Positions 10,622 through 19,800 of a DNA stretch of 64,000 nt are shown here, piece by piece. The notes under the pieces are model-generated. The model was not told the DNA's origin, ran no database searches, and saw nothing but the letters and a program-made list of their open reading frames with translations. The position numbers and the translations under genes are program-made. The stretch comes from an uncultured Bifidobacteriaceae bacterium (GTDB taxonomy: Bacteria > Acidobacteriota > Vicinamibacteria > Vicinamibacterales > UBA2999), in NCBI GenBank assembly GCA_964643765.1, contig CAZXTM010000008.1, positions 30,948 to 94,947 on the forward strand. Direction: 5' to 3'. Positions within the stretch are counted from its first letter, which is position 1. The number at the start of each line of letters is the position of its first letter.

Positions 10622-13516
10622 TCAGGCCTCGGGCATGAGCGACACGACGGTCACCCGGTCGGTCGTGAAGTACTTCCGGAACATCTCGTGAACGGCGGCC
10701 GGCGTCAGCTGCTCGGTGCGCTGCGGCCGACGGGCAATGCCCTCGGGATCCCATCCGTACAGCAGCACCGTCTGAAGCGATCCCATCCAGTACGCATTCT
10801 GCCGGGCGTTGGTTTCGAGGTCGCGCTTCTCCATCTCCTTCACCTTGGCGACATCGTCAGCTGACGGGCCTTCCTTCGCCAGCCGCGCCACCTCGTCGAA
10901 CACCGCGCGCGTCAGCGTCTCGACGCGGTCGGGAGCGCTGCCGAACTGCACCACGACCGAGCCGTAGCCGCGAAGCGGGGCCGCCGACTCGAAGCTGACC
11001 GACACTCCATAGGTACCCCCGAGCTGCTCGCGCAGCAGTTCACGAAGCCGCAGGCTCAGCACAGACGTCGCCGCGCGCAGGCGGTGCAGTTCAAACTCGT
11101 CGTTGCCCGGATCGGCGAACAGGCTGATCACGGTCTGGCTGGCCGGCTCGCGGCCCTTGCGCACCTGCTCGCGTACGGCGTTCGCCGGAAACCGCACACC
11201 CATGTCGCGGAACTGCGCGGTGCGCGTACCGGTCGACGGCAGCCCGCCGATCCACCGCTCGATGAGCGGCGTGATGGCGGCGGTGTCGAAGGCCCCGACG
11301 AAGAAAAACGTGAAGTCGGCCGCGTTTCCATAGCGCGCCCGGTAGTAGGCCTGCATCGTCGCGAGCTTGAGCCGGGGCAGGTCGGCCATCGACAGCATGC
11401 GGGCGCTGTAGTGCTGCGACTGATTGATGAGGCTGACGCGTTCCCCGAACACGGCCCGCGGATTTTGGGCCTGATTCTGCAGGACAGCCCCGAGCCGGCG
11501 CTGCAGCAGGTCGAAGGCCTCGGATGTCAGGTTCGGCGCCGTGAAGGCCAGATAGTTGAGCTGCAGCGCCACCTCGAGATCGCGCGGCGTCGCCGCTCCA
11601 CCGACTTCATGGGTGTAGGTGCCCAGCTGCGGCGTCGCCGAGGCGATGCGCCCGGCCAGCACCTTGTCGAGATCGACCGGCGTGAACCCGCCCATGCCGC
11701 CCAGCGCCACGAGAGCGGGTGCGAGGTCGGCACTGAAGTAGTCGGCCTCGTCGGCCAGCGAGGTGCCACCGAGCGCCTGCGCTCCGAACAGCACCTGATC
11801 GGCCTTGTAGTCCGTGGGCTTGAGCCACACCTCGGCCCCGTTCGACAGGGTCAGCACCGTGACGCCAATGGCCGGCAGCGTCCGCTGCGCCGTCACCCGT
11901 CCCGGCGTCGGTGGCGTGCTGACCAGTGTGCGGCCGGCGGTCTCATCCCGCCACGGGGTCACGTCAGCCGCCTCGGCCTTAGCGACGGCCGCCAGCAGGG
12001 CCTCACGCGTGGCCGGTGGCTGATCGGCCTTCTGTGGCGCCACCGCGAGGATGATCCGGTTCTCGGCCGACAGCAGCGCCGTGGCCGCCGCGGTCACCTC
12101 GGCTTCCGTGATCGTCGGCAGATAAGCCCGTGCCAGCCGATACTCGAACTCGATGCCGGGCATCGGTTCACCTTCGAGAAAGTTCGACACATACTCGCGC
12201 GCGAAGCTCGGGTTTTCGGAGGTGCCCCGCTCGTTGTAGGCGCGCTCGTAACCGGCCAGCAGCTCGCGCCGGGCCCGATCGAGCTCGGCCTCGCTGAAGC
12301 CGTGGCGCTGCACGCGCCGGGCCTCGGTGACGAGGGCCTCGAGGCCGGCTACCTGCCCCCGCTCCGGCACGGCGGCGCTGAGGTCGAACAGTTGCAGCGA
12401 TCGGCCGATGGTGTCGATGCCGGCCTGCGCCCCGAGGAACGGCGCATTCGGGCGCTGCGACAGCTCGCGCAGGCGCGGATTGATCAGGCCTTCCAGCATC
12501 TGCCGCACAAGGCTGGCGCGGTAATCCGCCACCGTGCGCTGCTCGGCAGGGGTGCCCTTGATGCCGAGCGTCACGGTCCAGCTCTGGGCCTCCGGGTCGG
12601 TCACGATGCTCACGAGAGGCTCGGCGTGGCCGGGGACCGCACGATTGAGGGCCGCCACCGGCGCCGTACGGGCCGGGATGCCAGCGAATCGCGCCCGCAC
12701 CATCGTCTCGGCGGCATCGGGCGCCAGATCGCCCACCACCACCACGGCCATCTGGTCGGGGCGGTAATGCTGGCGATAGAACTCGGCGAGGCGCTCGCGC
12801 GGCGCCTTCTGGATGATCTCCGGCGTGCCAATCGGCAGACGGTCCGCGTAGCGCGACCCGCGGAAGATGATCGGAATCTGCTGGTCGGTGATGCGCGACG
12901 ACGCCCCGAGCCGGCCGCGCCATTCCTCGAGGACGACGCCGCGTTCGCGGTCGACTTCGGCAGGCAGCAGCTGGATGCCGGCGGCAAAGTCGCGCAGGGC
13001 CAGCAGCCCGCGGTCGACATAGCCGGGCCGGTCGGTGGGCACGTCGAGCATGTAGATGGTTTCGTCGAAGCTGGTCGACGCATTCACGTGAGGACCGAAC
13101 CGGGCCCCGATCGATTCAAGGAACGCCACCAGCTCGCCCGGCTTGAAATTGTCGGTGCCGTTGAAGGCCATGTGCTCGAGAAAGTGTGCCAGCCCCCGCT
13201 GGTCATCGGCCTCCTGCAGCGACCCGGCGTTGACGGCCAGCCGCAGCGACACGCGCTGTGCCGGGCGGCCGTTCTGCCGGATGTAGTAGGTTAGCCCGTT
13301 GTCGAGCCGGCCCATGCGCACCGCCGGATCGCGCGGCAACGGCGCCGTCAGCGCAAGGTCCGGGGCCGATGCCTGCGGCGCCGCAGTGCTGGTGCTAGCC
13401 GGGGCCTGGGTCGTATCCTGCCCGGCCGGCGTTCCCTGCGCGAGGACCGACAGACTGACCAGCAGTGACAGGATCCCGGCCCCTGCCCAACTCCACCGTC
13501 GTTGTGTGCGTGCCAT
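10622..13516 (-). CDS. M16 (pitrilysin/insulinase) family zinc peptidase, double-length PqqL-like form, secreted
   Basis: Track ORF 10622..14026 trimmed to ATG 13516. That start gives the signal peptide MARTQRRWSWAGAGILSLLVSLSVLAQG. HxxEH zinc motif is in GLAHFLEHMAFNGT. 964 aa corresponds to two M16 halves fused. Confidence 0.85.
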   Translation of the reverse strand: MARTQRRWSWAGAGILSLLVSLSVLAQGTPAGQDTTQAPASTSTAAPQASAPDLALTAPLPRDPAVRMGRLDNGLTYYIRQNGRPAQRVSLRLAVNAGSLQEADDQRGLAHFLEHMAFNGTDNFKPGELVAFLESIGARFGPHVNASTSFDETIYMLDVPTDRPGYVDRGLLALRDFAAGIQLLPAEVDRERGVVLEEWRGRLGASSRITDQQIPIIFRGSRYADRLPIGTPEIIQKAPRERLAEFYRQHYRPDQMAVVVVGDLAPDAAETMVRARFAGIPARTAPVAALNRAVPGHAEPLVSIVTDPEAQSWTVTLGIKGTPAEQRTVADYRASLVRQMLEGLINPRLRELSQRPNAPFLGAQAGIDTIGRSLQLFDLSAAVPERGQVAGLEALVTEARRVQRHGFSEAELDRARRELLAGYERAYNERGTSENPSFAREYVSNFLEGEPMPGIEFEYRLARAYLPTITEAEVTAAATALLSAENRIILAVAPQKADQPPATREALLAAVAKAEAADVTPWRDETAGRTLVSTPPTPGRVTAQRTLPAIGVTVLTLSNGAEVWLKPTDYKADQVLFGAQALGGTSLADEADYFSADLAPALVALGGMGGFTPVDLDKVLAGRIASATPQLGTYTHEVGGAATPRDLEVALQLNYLAFTAPNLTSEAFDLLQRRLGAVLQNQAQNPRAVFGERVSLINQSQHYSARMLSMADLPRLKLATMQAYYRARYGNAADFTFFFVGAFDTAAITPLIERWIGGLPSTGTRTAQFRDMGVRFPANAVREQVRKGREPASQTVISLFADPGNDEFELHRLRAATSVLSLRLRELLREQLGGTYGVSVSFESAAPLRGYGSVVVQFGSAPDRVETLTRAVFDEVARLAKEGPSADDVAKVKEMEKRDLETNARQNAYWMGSLQTVLLYGWDPEGIARRPQRTEQLTPAAVHEMFRKYFTTDRVTVVSLMPEA

Positions 13517-13528
13517 GTGCGTCTCCGT

Positions 13529-13543
13529 GACCGGACACCGGTC
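13529..13543. promoter_or_regulatory. perfect 6-3-6 inverted repeat GACCGG-ACA-CCGGTC in the divergent M16/dut intergenic region (candidate operator)
   Basis: Read directly from the sequence. It lies in the 42-bp gap between divergent starts 13516 (-) and 13559 (+). A TACTAT -10-like hexamer at 13547-13552 ends 6 nt before the dut ATG. Confidence 0.25.
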
Positions 13544-13558
13544 GGCTACTATTCTCCC

Positions 13559-13993
13559 ATGCGCCTGCGCATCGCCCGCATCCGTCCGTCCGCCACCATC
13601 CCCGCGCCGGCCACCGACGGAGCCGCCGGCTTCGACCTGACTGCGGCCGAGGCCGTCACCATCCCGCCGCACGCCATCCGTCTGGTCGGTACGGGACTGG
13701 TCATCGCCGTGCCCGCAGGGCACTTCCTCGCCATCTTCGCCCGCAGCAGCACCCCGCTCAAGCGCGGGCTGATGGTGGCCAACGGCGTGGGCGTGGTGGA
13801 TGCCGACTACTGCGGCCCCTCCGATGAGATTCGCGTGCAGCTGCTGAACATCACCGACCAGCCCGTGGAGGTGCAGGTCGGCGATCGCCTCGCCCAGGGC
13901 ATCGTCCTGCCGGCGCCGTCGGTCACCTGGGACGAGGTCGATGCGATGGACGGCCCCTCGCGGGGCGGGTTCGGCAGCACGGGTCCGCGCTGA
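13559..13993 (+). CDS. dut: dUTP diphosphatase (trimeric dUTPase)
   Basis: Trimmed to MRLRIARI.... Motifs present: GAAGFDL, ARSS, GVVDADYCG, GGFGSTG. Confidence 0.9.
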   Translation: MRLRIARIRPSATIPAPATDGAAGFDLTAAEAVTIPPHAIRLVGTGLVIAVPAGHFLAIFARSSTPLKRGLMVANGVGVVDADYCGPSDEIRVQLLNITDQPVEVQVGDRLAQGIVLPAPSVTWDEVDAMDGPSRGGFGSTGPR

Positions 13994-14008
13994 CCGCGCC
14001 GCCTCCTG

Positions 14009-15097
14009 ATGCGGAAGATCCTGCACCTCGACATGGACGCCTTCTACGCGTCCGTCGAGCAGCGCGACAACCCCGCGCTCAGGGGCCAGCCGGTCGCCGT
14101 CGGGGGCGACCCATCGGGCCGCAGTGTCGTCGCCGCCGCCAGTTACGAGGCCCGCCGCTTCGGCGTGCGCTCGGCGATGCCGATGGCCCGAGCCGTGCGG
14201 CTGTGTCCGGGGCTCGTCATTGTCAGGCCTGATTTCGCCAGATACCGGGCCGTCTCACAGCAGGTCTTCGCGATTTACCGATCGGTGGCGCCGCTGGTCG
14301 AACCGCTCGCACTCGACGAGGCCTATCTCGATGTCACCGAGAACGCCTGGCACGAGCCGCTGGCCGTCACGGTCGCTCGACGGCTGAAGGCCGACATCCG
14401 CCAGGCCACCGGGCTGACAGTCTCGGCCGGCGTGGCCCCGAACAAGTTCCTCGCGAAGCTGGCCTCCGGCTGGCGGAAGCCTGACGGACTCACGGTCATT
14501 GCACCGGAGCGCGTGGCAGCCTTCCTGGAACGCCTGCCGGTCGAGCATCTCTGGGGTGTCGGGCCGCGAACCGCCGACCGGCTGCATGCCCAGGGCTTCC
14601 TGACGTGCGCCGACATCCGCGACCGGCCGTTCGAACAGCTGCAGCAGGCCGTGGGCAATCAGGCCTCGTGGCTGACCGCCCTGGCACACGGCCACGACGA
14701 ACGCCCCGTACAGCCGCACCGCCCCGCCAAGTCATCCGGGGCCGAGTGCACCTACCCGGCGGACCTGACCTCCCTGCCCGACATCTGCCGCGAGGTGACC
14801 GGCATGGCCGATGAGGCGGCCACCTGGCTGGCGGCGCGCAACCTTTACGCCCGCACCGTCACCCTGAAGGTGCGCTACAGCGACTTCACCACCATCACGC
14901 GAAGCCACTCGGCGACGCCCGCGACCCGAGAGGCCCGCGACCTGGCACAGCGGGCCGTCCACCTGCTCGACCGCACCGACGTGCGCCTGCGCCCCGTGCG
15001 GCTGCTGGGCGTCAGCGTGCAGAACCTGTCGGACACCCCGTTCCCTCCGGCCCGCCCGAACGACCACGACCCGGGCGACCGCCTTCCCTTCGAATAG
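14009..15097 (+). CDS. dinB: DNA polymerase IV (Y-family)
   Basis: MRKILHLDMDAFYASVEQRDNPALRGQPVAVGG...SYEARRFGVRSAMP...LDEAYLDV is the canonical Pol IV N-terminus. Confidence 0.92.
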   Translation: MRKILHLDMDAFYASVEQRDNPALRGQPVAVGGDPSGRSVVAAASYEARRFGVRSAMPMARAVRLCPGLVIVRPDFARYRAVSQQVFAIYRSVAPLVEPLALDEAYLDVTENAWHEPLAVTVARRLKADIRQATGLTVSAGVAPNKFLAKLASGWRKPDGLTVIAPERVAAFLERLPVEHLWGVGPRTADRLHAQGFLTCADIRDRPFEQLQQAVGNQASWLTALAHGHDERPVQPHRPAKSSGAECTYPADLTSLPDICREVTGMADEAATWLAARNLYARTVTLKVRYSDFTTITRSHSATPATREARDLAQRAVHLLDRTDVRLRPVRLLGVSVQNLSDTPFPPARPNDHDPGDRLPFE

Positions 15098-15133
15098 CGC
15101 AGGCCCGCCGCGGCTGTGTTACGTTGAGGCCGT

Positions 15134-16552
15134 ATGCGACGTCCCCTGTGCACCGCTCTGTTCCTTATGGCGCTGACCGCCGTGGCCGCCCCCCGGCTGA
15201 CGGCCCAGGCTCCCGATCGTGCGGCCCTCGAGGCCGAAACCCTGCAGCGCTTCCAGGCGCTGGTGCGCCTCGACACGAGCAGCCCTCCCGGCAATGAGAT
15301 TCGCGCCGTCGACTACCTGAAGGGCGTATTCGACAAGGAAGGCATTGCCTACCAGACCTTCGCGAAGGATCCGCAGCGGCCCAACATCGTCGCGCGCCTG
15401 AAGGGGAACGGAAAGAAGAAGCCCCTGCTGCTGATGGGCCACACCGACGTGGTCACCGTCGACCCCAAGAAGTGGACCTTCCCGCCCTTCGGTGCCGAGC
15501 GCAACGGCGGCTACATCTACGGCCGCGGCACCATCGACGACAAGGACAACCTGGTCGCCAACCTGATGATCCTGCTGACGCTCAAGCGTTCGAAGACACC
15601 GCTCGACCGTGACGTCATCTTCCTTGCGGAATCGGGCGAGGAAGGCGCGCCGGATGTGGGCGCCCAGTTCATGATCGACCAGCACCTCGACGCAGTGAAC
15701 GCCGAGTTCTGTCTCGCCGAGGGTGGCGGCATCGTCCGCACCGGCGGGCGCTACCTGCGCGCCAATGTCGGCACGACCGAAAAGGAACCGCGCCCCATCG
15801 AGCTGATTGCCCGGGGCCCGGCCGGCCACGGCTCGGTCCCCTCCCGCAAGAACGCCGTCAATGCCCTGGCCGCCGCCGTGGGCCAGGTGGCCATGTGGGT
15901 GCCGCCGCTGCGGGTGAATGAAACCACCGGCACCTACTTCCGCAAGTTGGCTGCCGCTGCCGCCACCCCGGAAGCCGCCGCGCGCTATCGCGACGTACTC
16001 AATCCCGACCCGGCCGTGCACAAGCCGGCGGCCTCCTGGATGCTCGACAACGAGCCGCAGCACTGGTCGATGCTGCACACCTCGCTCGTGCCCACGATCA
16101 TTGATGGCGGCTATCGTTACAACGTGATTCCCTCGGAGACGAAGGCCACCATCGACGTGCGCCTGCATCCCGACGAAAACCAGGACCAGTTCCTCGACAT
16201 GGTGCGGAAGGTCATCAACGACCCGAACGTGGAAGTGCGCTGGTACCGCGACCGCTACCGCCCCGCCGGCATCTCGTCGCTGACCACCGAGGCCTTCTCG
16301 GTGCTCGAAACGAAGGTGCGCCAGCACTACAGCGTGGACGTGCTGCCCACCATGGGCACCGGCGCCAGTGACATGGCCCAGATGCGCTCGAAGGGCATTC
16401 AGTGCTACGGGGTCGGACCGGCTATCGACACCGAGGATGGCCCGCTCGGCTTCGGCGCGCACAGCGACCAGGAGCGCATCCGCGAGGACGAACTCTACCG
16501 CTTCGTGCACTACCTGCACGACGTGGTCGTCACTCTGGCGGCCAGCCGATAG
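15134..16552 (+). CDS. M20/M25/M40 family metallopeptidase, secreted
   Basis: Signal peptide MRRPLCTALFLMALTAVAAPRLTAQA. LLLMGHTDVV...W.F.PF......GYIYGRGTIDDK is typical of M20 dipeptidase/carboxypeptidase. Confidence 0.8.
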   Translation: MRRPLCTALFLMALTAVAAPRLTAQAPDRAALEAETLQRFQALVRLDTSSPPGNEIRAVDYLKGVFDKEGIAYQTFAKDPQRPNIVARLKGNGKKKPLLLMGHTDVVTVDPKKWTFPPFGAERNGGYIYGRGTIDDKDNLVANLMILLTLKRSKTPLDRDVIFLAESGEEGAPDVGAQFMIDQHLDAVNAEFCLAEGGGIVRTGGRYLRANVGTTEKEPRPIELIARGPAGHGSVPSRKNAVNALAAAVGQVAMWVPPLRVNETTGTYFRKLAAAAATPEAAARYRDVLNPDPAVHKPAASWMLDNEPQHWSMLHTSLVPTIIDGGYRYNVIPSETKATIDVRLHPDENQDQFLDMVRKVINDPNVEVRWYRDRYRPAGISSLTTEAFSVLETKVRQHYSVDVLPTMGTGASDMAQMRSKGIQCYGVGPAIDTEDGPLGFGAHSDQERIREDELYRFVHYLHDVVVTLAASR

Positions 16553-16564
16553 GGGCGGCCGCCG

Positions 16565-17674
16565 CTACTGCGGCGGCAGCACCCTGATGCGCACCAGCTC
16601 CACCCGGTCGACCGGCGTCTCGCCGTCGACCGGGACCGCCTCGATCTTCTGCACGACGTCGATCCCGTCGACGACCCGTCCGAACGCGCTGTATTGACCA
16701 TCGAGCGCCGTCGCCGTCCCCGTCACGATGAAGAACGACGAGGTGGCGCTGTCCGGCGACTCGAGCCGCGCCATCGACAGCGTGCCGAGCACATGCGGCT
16801 GGTCGTTGAACTCGGCCTTCAGGAACCGGACGAACCCCTGCTGCCGCTCGTCGAGCGACTCGCGTCGCGTGGGCACATGCCCCGTCTGCACCACAAAGCC
16901 CTTCACCACGCGGTGGAAGCTCATGCCGGTATACACGCCGCTCTCAGCCAGCCGCAGGAACTGCCGCACGTGGTCGGGTGCCTTGTCGGGCGTCAGCGCC
17001 ACGGTGATGTTGCCCATCGAGGTCTCGAGGATCGCGCGGTAGCCGGCCAGCTGGTCGACCGTCTCGGTCGAGAACGGGTCTGGCACCGGTGGCGGCTTGT
17101 CGCGGAGCGTGATGCGCGTGATCGTCACGCGGTCGGTGGCCATGCCCGAGGCGTCGACGGGCGTCTCGGAAATCTTCTCGGCCACCCGCATGCCCTCGAC
17201 CACCCGGGCAAAGACGGTGAACCTGTCCTGCAGCCCAGGCTGGTCGCCAACGCACAGCAGGAACTGGGTGCCTCCGGTGTCCGGGCGCCCCGACACCCGG
17301 ACCGCCGCCACGGCTCCCCGGGTCATCTTCTCGTCTGACGGCTCGAGCGGCAGGGTGCCCAGGCCCCCCGTGCCGTACTTCGCCCGCATCTTCGGATCAC
17401 GCGTCAGCGGGTCGCCGCCCTGAATCGCGCCCCGGGCCACCATGCTGTGGAAGATCGTCCCGTCCAGCCCTTTCGACTCAACGGTCTTCACAAACAGCGC
17501 CACGTGCTTCGGGGCCTTGTCGGTCAGGAGGTCCCACACCATGGTGCCCGCTGACGTCTCGATCACGACCTGCCGCACCGGCTGTGCGGTCGCAGGAAGG
17601 GCGGTCACTGCCAGCAGCGCCAGCGAGAGGAGGGGAACCAGTCCCGACTGAAGCCACCTGCGTCCGCGAGTCAT
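16565..17674 (-). CDS. peptidyl-prolyl cis-trans isomerase, tandem cyclophilin domains, secreted
   Basis: Start moved to ATG 17674, preceded by GGAGGG six nt upstream. Signal peptide MTRGRRWLQSGLVPLLSLALLAVTALPATAQP. Two cyclophilin cores are present (..FHSMVARGAIQGGDP.. and ..FHRVVKGFVVQTGH..). Confidence 0.85.
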   Translation of the reverse strand: MTRGRRWLQSGLVPLLSLALLAVTALPATAQPVRQVVIETSAGTMVWDLLTDKAPKHVALFVKTVESKGLDGTIFHSMVARGAIQGGDPLTRDPKMRAKYGTGGLGTLPLEPSDEKMTRGAVAAVRVSGRPDTGGTQFLLCVGDQPGLQDRFTVFARVVEGMRVAEKISETPVDASGMATDRVTITRITLRDKPPPVPDPFSTETVDQLAGYRAILETSMGNITVALTPDKAPDHVRQFLRLAESGVYTGMSFHRVVKGFVVQTGHVPTRRESLDERQQGFVRFLKAEFNDQPHVLGTLSMARLESPDSATSSFFIVTGTATALDGQYSAFGRVVDGIDVVQKIEAVPVDGETPVDRVELVRIRVLPPQ

Positions 17675-17700
17675 GTGTCCCTCCTGCGTGCGCGTCGCCA

Positions 17701-18777
17701 TCAGCGCCCCCGCACCTTGTACGACGCCCTCGTCCCCTTCTGCGGCAGTCGGTTCCGGCGACGCTCGTCAATCTGTGCCCGATCGTCGCGCCGGGCCTCG
17801 AGCGCCTCGCTCTCGTCCTGCAGCGCACGGAAACTCTCGAGCCGAGCGACCGCCAGCCGACCATCGGCCACCGCGGCCACCACCGCACATCGTGGTTCCG
17901 CACGGTGCCGGCAGTTGCCAAAGTGGCATCCGGCGGCCAGCGCGGCAATGTCCTCGAACGTATCCTGCGCGGCGTCGCCAGTGGCCCACAGCTGCAGTTC
18001 GCGCATGCCCGGCGTATCGATGAGCAGCCCGTGCCCGGGCAGGGCAATCAGCTGCCGGTGCCGCGTCGTGTGCCGGCCTCGCGAATCCGATTCGCGCACC
18101 TCGGCCGTGCGCAGCCGCGCCTCGCCCAGCAGCGCGTTGATGAGCGTCGACTTGCCCGCGCCCGATGAGCCCAGCAGCGCCCCCGTCCGCCCCGGCGGCA
18201 GGTACGACGCCACCTCCTCGAGTCCGCGCCGGTCGACCACGCTGACCGCATGCACCGCACACCCGGGAGCCACCGCGCGCACCTCGGCCAGCCGGGCCTC
18301 GAGGTCATCGGACAGGTCCGCCTTGGTCAGCAGCACCACGGGCCTCGCCCCACTCTCGTAGGCCATCAGCAGGTAACGCTCGAGCCGCCGCAGGTTGTAG
18401 TCGCCGTCGAGGCCCATCACCAGGAACACCACGTCGAGGTTGGCCGCCACCACCTGCTCTTCCGTCAGGTCGCCGGCCACCTTCCGGGAGAACCGGCTGC
18501 GCCGCGGCAGCACGGCCTCGATCGTCCCGGTGCGCGACCCCGGCGCGCGGCGCACCGCCACCCAGTCACCCACCGCGGCCAGTTCGCTGCGGGCCATCGC
18601 ACGGTGCCGCACGCGTCCGGCATGCTCGAGCCGGCATTCGCCGTCGGCCGTCATGCTGGCATAAAGATGGTTGAACTCAATCAGCACGCGCGCCGGTTCG
18701 AGCCCCTGCGCCGCATGGGGGGCAAACGCCGCCTCCCATCCGGCATCCCAGCCGAGTGCCACCAGTGCCTCATTCAC
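17701..18777 (-). CDS. rsgA: ribosome small-subunit-dependent GTPase A
   Basis: Track ORF 17701..19185 trimmed to GTG 18777 (VNEALVALGWDAGWEAAF, matching the usual LxxLGW N-terminus). LLTKADL, GSSGAGKSTLINALLG and the zinc knuckle CHFGNCRHRAEPRCAV are present. Confidence 0.85.
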   Translation of the reverse strand: MNEALVALGWDAGWEAAFAPHAAQGLEPARVLIEFNHLYASMTADGECRLEHAGRVRHRAMARSELAAVGDWVAVRRAPGSRTGTIEAVLPRRSRFSRKVAGDLTEEQVVAANLDVVFLVMGLDGDYNLRRLERYLLMAYESGARPVVLLTKADLSDDLEARLAEVRAVAPGCAVHAVSVVDRRGLEEVASYLPPGRTGALLGSSGAGKSTLINALLGEARLRTAEVRESDSRGRHTTRHRQLIALPGHGLLIDTPGMRELQLWATGDAAQDTFEDIAALAAGCHFGNCRHRAEPRCAVVAAVADGRLAVARLESFRALQDESEALEARRDDRAQIDERRRNRLPQKGTRASYKVRGR

Positions 18778-18795
18778 GCCACAATAGGATAGGTC

Positions 18796-19800
18796 ATGAC
18801 CGATCAGCTCGCACTGTTCGAGACCGCGCCTCCCGCGCCGACCGACCCGGTGGCGGCACAGCTGGCCGCCGTCCACGCTGACGCGCGACAGCTGGCAGCC
18901 GCCCTCCCTGCTGCCGTGCGCTTCGGCACCAGCTCCTGGTCGTTTCCCGGATGGAAGGGCCTCGTCTACAGCAGCAAGCGCAGCCAGACATCCCTCGCCC
19001 GCGAGGGGCTGCGCGAGTACGCCAACCATCCCCTGCTCACCATCGTCGGGATCGACCGCAGCTACTACGCACCGGTGCCCGTCGACGACCTCCGCTCGTA
19101 TGCCGCGCAGGTGCCCGAGGGCTTCGAGTGCTGCTTCAAGGCCCCCGCCTCGGTGATGGCGCAGCGGCTCGGGCCGCCGGGGCAAAGCACGCCGAACCCC
19201 GACTTTCTGTCAGTCGACCGGCTCATTGATGAACTGCTGGCGCCCTGCGCGCTGGCCTGCTATGACCGCACCGGCCCCATCATCCTCGAGATGGCGCCGG
19301 TGGCAGCCGCACACCGCATGGCGCCCGAGGCCCTGCTCGAGCGGCTCGAGGCCTTCCTGGCGGCACTGCCCCGCGAGTTCCGCTATGCCATGGAAGTGCG
19401 CGATGCCCGCCTGCTGACCCCGGCATACCGGGCCATTCTGCAGCGCACCGGCGTGGCGCACACCTACAACTACTGGTCGGCGATGCCGATGCCGGCCCGG
19501 CAGGCCGAGGTCGTGCCGCCCGAGGACCATCCGTTCGGCGTCGTCCGCCTGCTGCTGCGACCTGGCACCTTCTACGAGGCGCAGCGCGAACGGTTCTCGC
19601 CGTTTGATGCGCTGGTCGAACCCGACGAGGACATGCGCCGCGACGTGGTCTCGGTGGTGCAGCGGCTGACCCGCCTCAATCGACCGGCCTACATCCTCGT
19701 CAACAACAAGGCCGAAGGGTCGTCGCCCCTGACGGTGATGGCGCTGGCCCGCGCGCTGGCCAACGCTACTGCAGCAGATCGAACATCCGCGAGAACTTGA
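18796..19800 (+). CDS. DUF72 family protein
   Basis: RFGTSSWSFPGWKGLVYSS...YYA.....L..YA..VPEGF.F..K is typical of DUF72 (YecE-like TIM barrel). Confidence 0.75.
   Translation: MTDQLALFETAPPAPTDPVAAQLAAVHADARQLAAALPAAVRFGTSSWSFPGWKGLVYSSKRSQTSLAREGLREYANHPLLTIVGIDRSYYAPVPVDDLRSYAAQVPEGFECCFKAPASVMAQRLGPPGQSTPNPDFLSVDRLIDELLAPCALACYDRTGPIILEMAPVAAAHRMAPEALLERLEAFLAALPREFRYAMEVRDARLLTPAYRAILQRTGVAHTYNYWSAMPMPARQAEVVPPEDHPFGVVRLLLRPGTFYEAQRERFSPFDALVEPDEDMRRDVVSVVQRLTRLNRPAYILVNNKAEGSSPLTVMALARALANATAADRTSART

Noticed and set aside
13960-14008. LexA/SOS box upstream of dinB
   Set aside because: I looked for GTTC-N7-GTTC (the type reported for Acidobacterium and Alphaproteobacteria) and for CTGT-N8-ACAG. 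Only GTTCGGCAGCACGGGTCC is present, which fits neither.
13517-14026. 170-codon N-terminal extension of the M16 peptidase ORF (track 10622..14026)
   Set aside because: The extension is antisense to dut and the start of dinB and is Gly/Arg/Asp low complexity. The internal ATG at 13516 yields a clean signal peptide.
18778-18795. Only 18 bp between the divergent rsgA and DUF72 starts
   Set aside because: The spacing depends on my choice of the GTG at 18777 for rsgA. With any start choice it implies only that the promoters lie inside the neighbouring coding regions. Not evidence of a special element.
19766-19800. 35-nt overlap of the convergent 3' ends of the DUF72 and DUF5916 genes
   Set aside because: Both reading frames are independently well supported up to their stops. 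Convergent 3' overlaps are common in compact high-GC genomes. No extra structure was seen.
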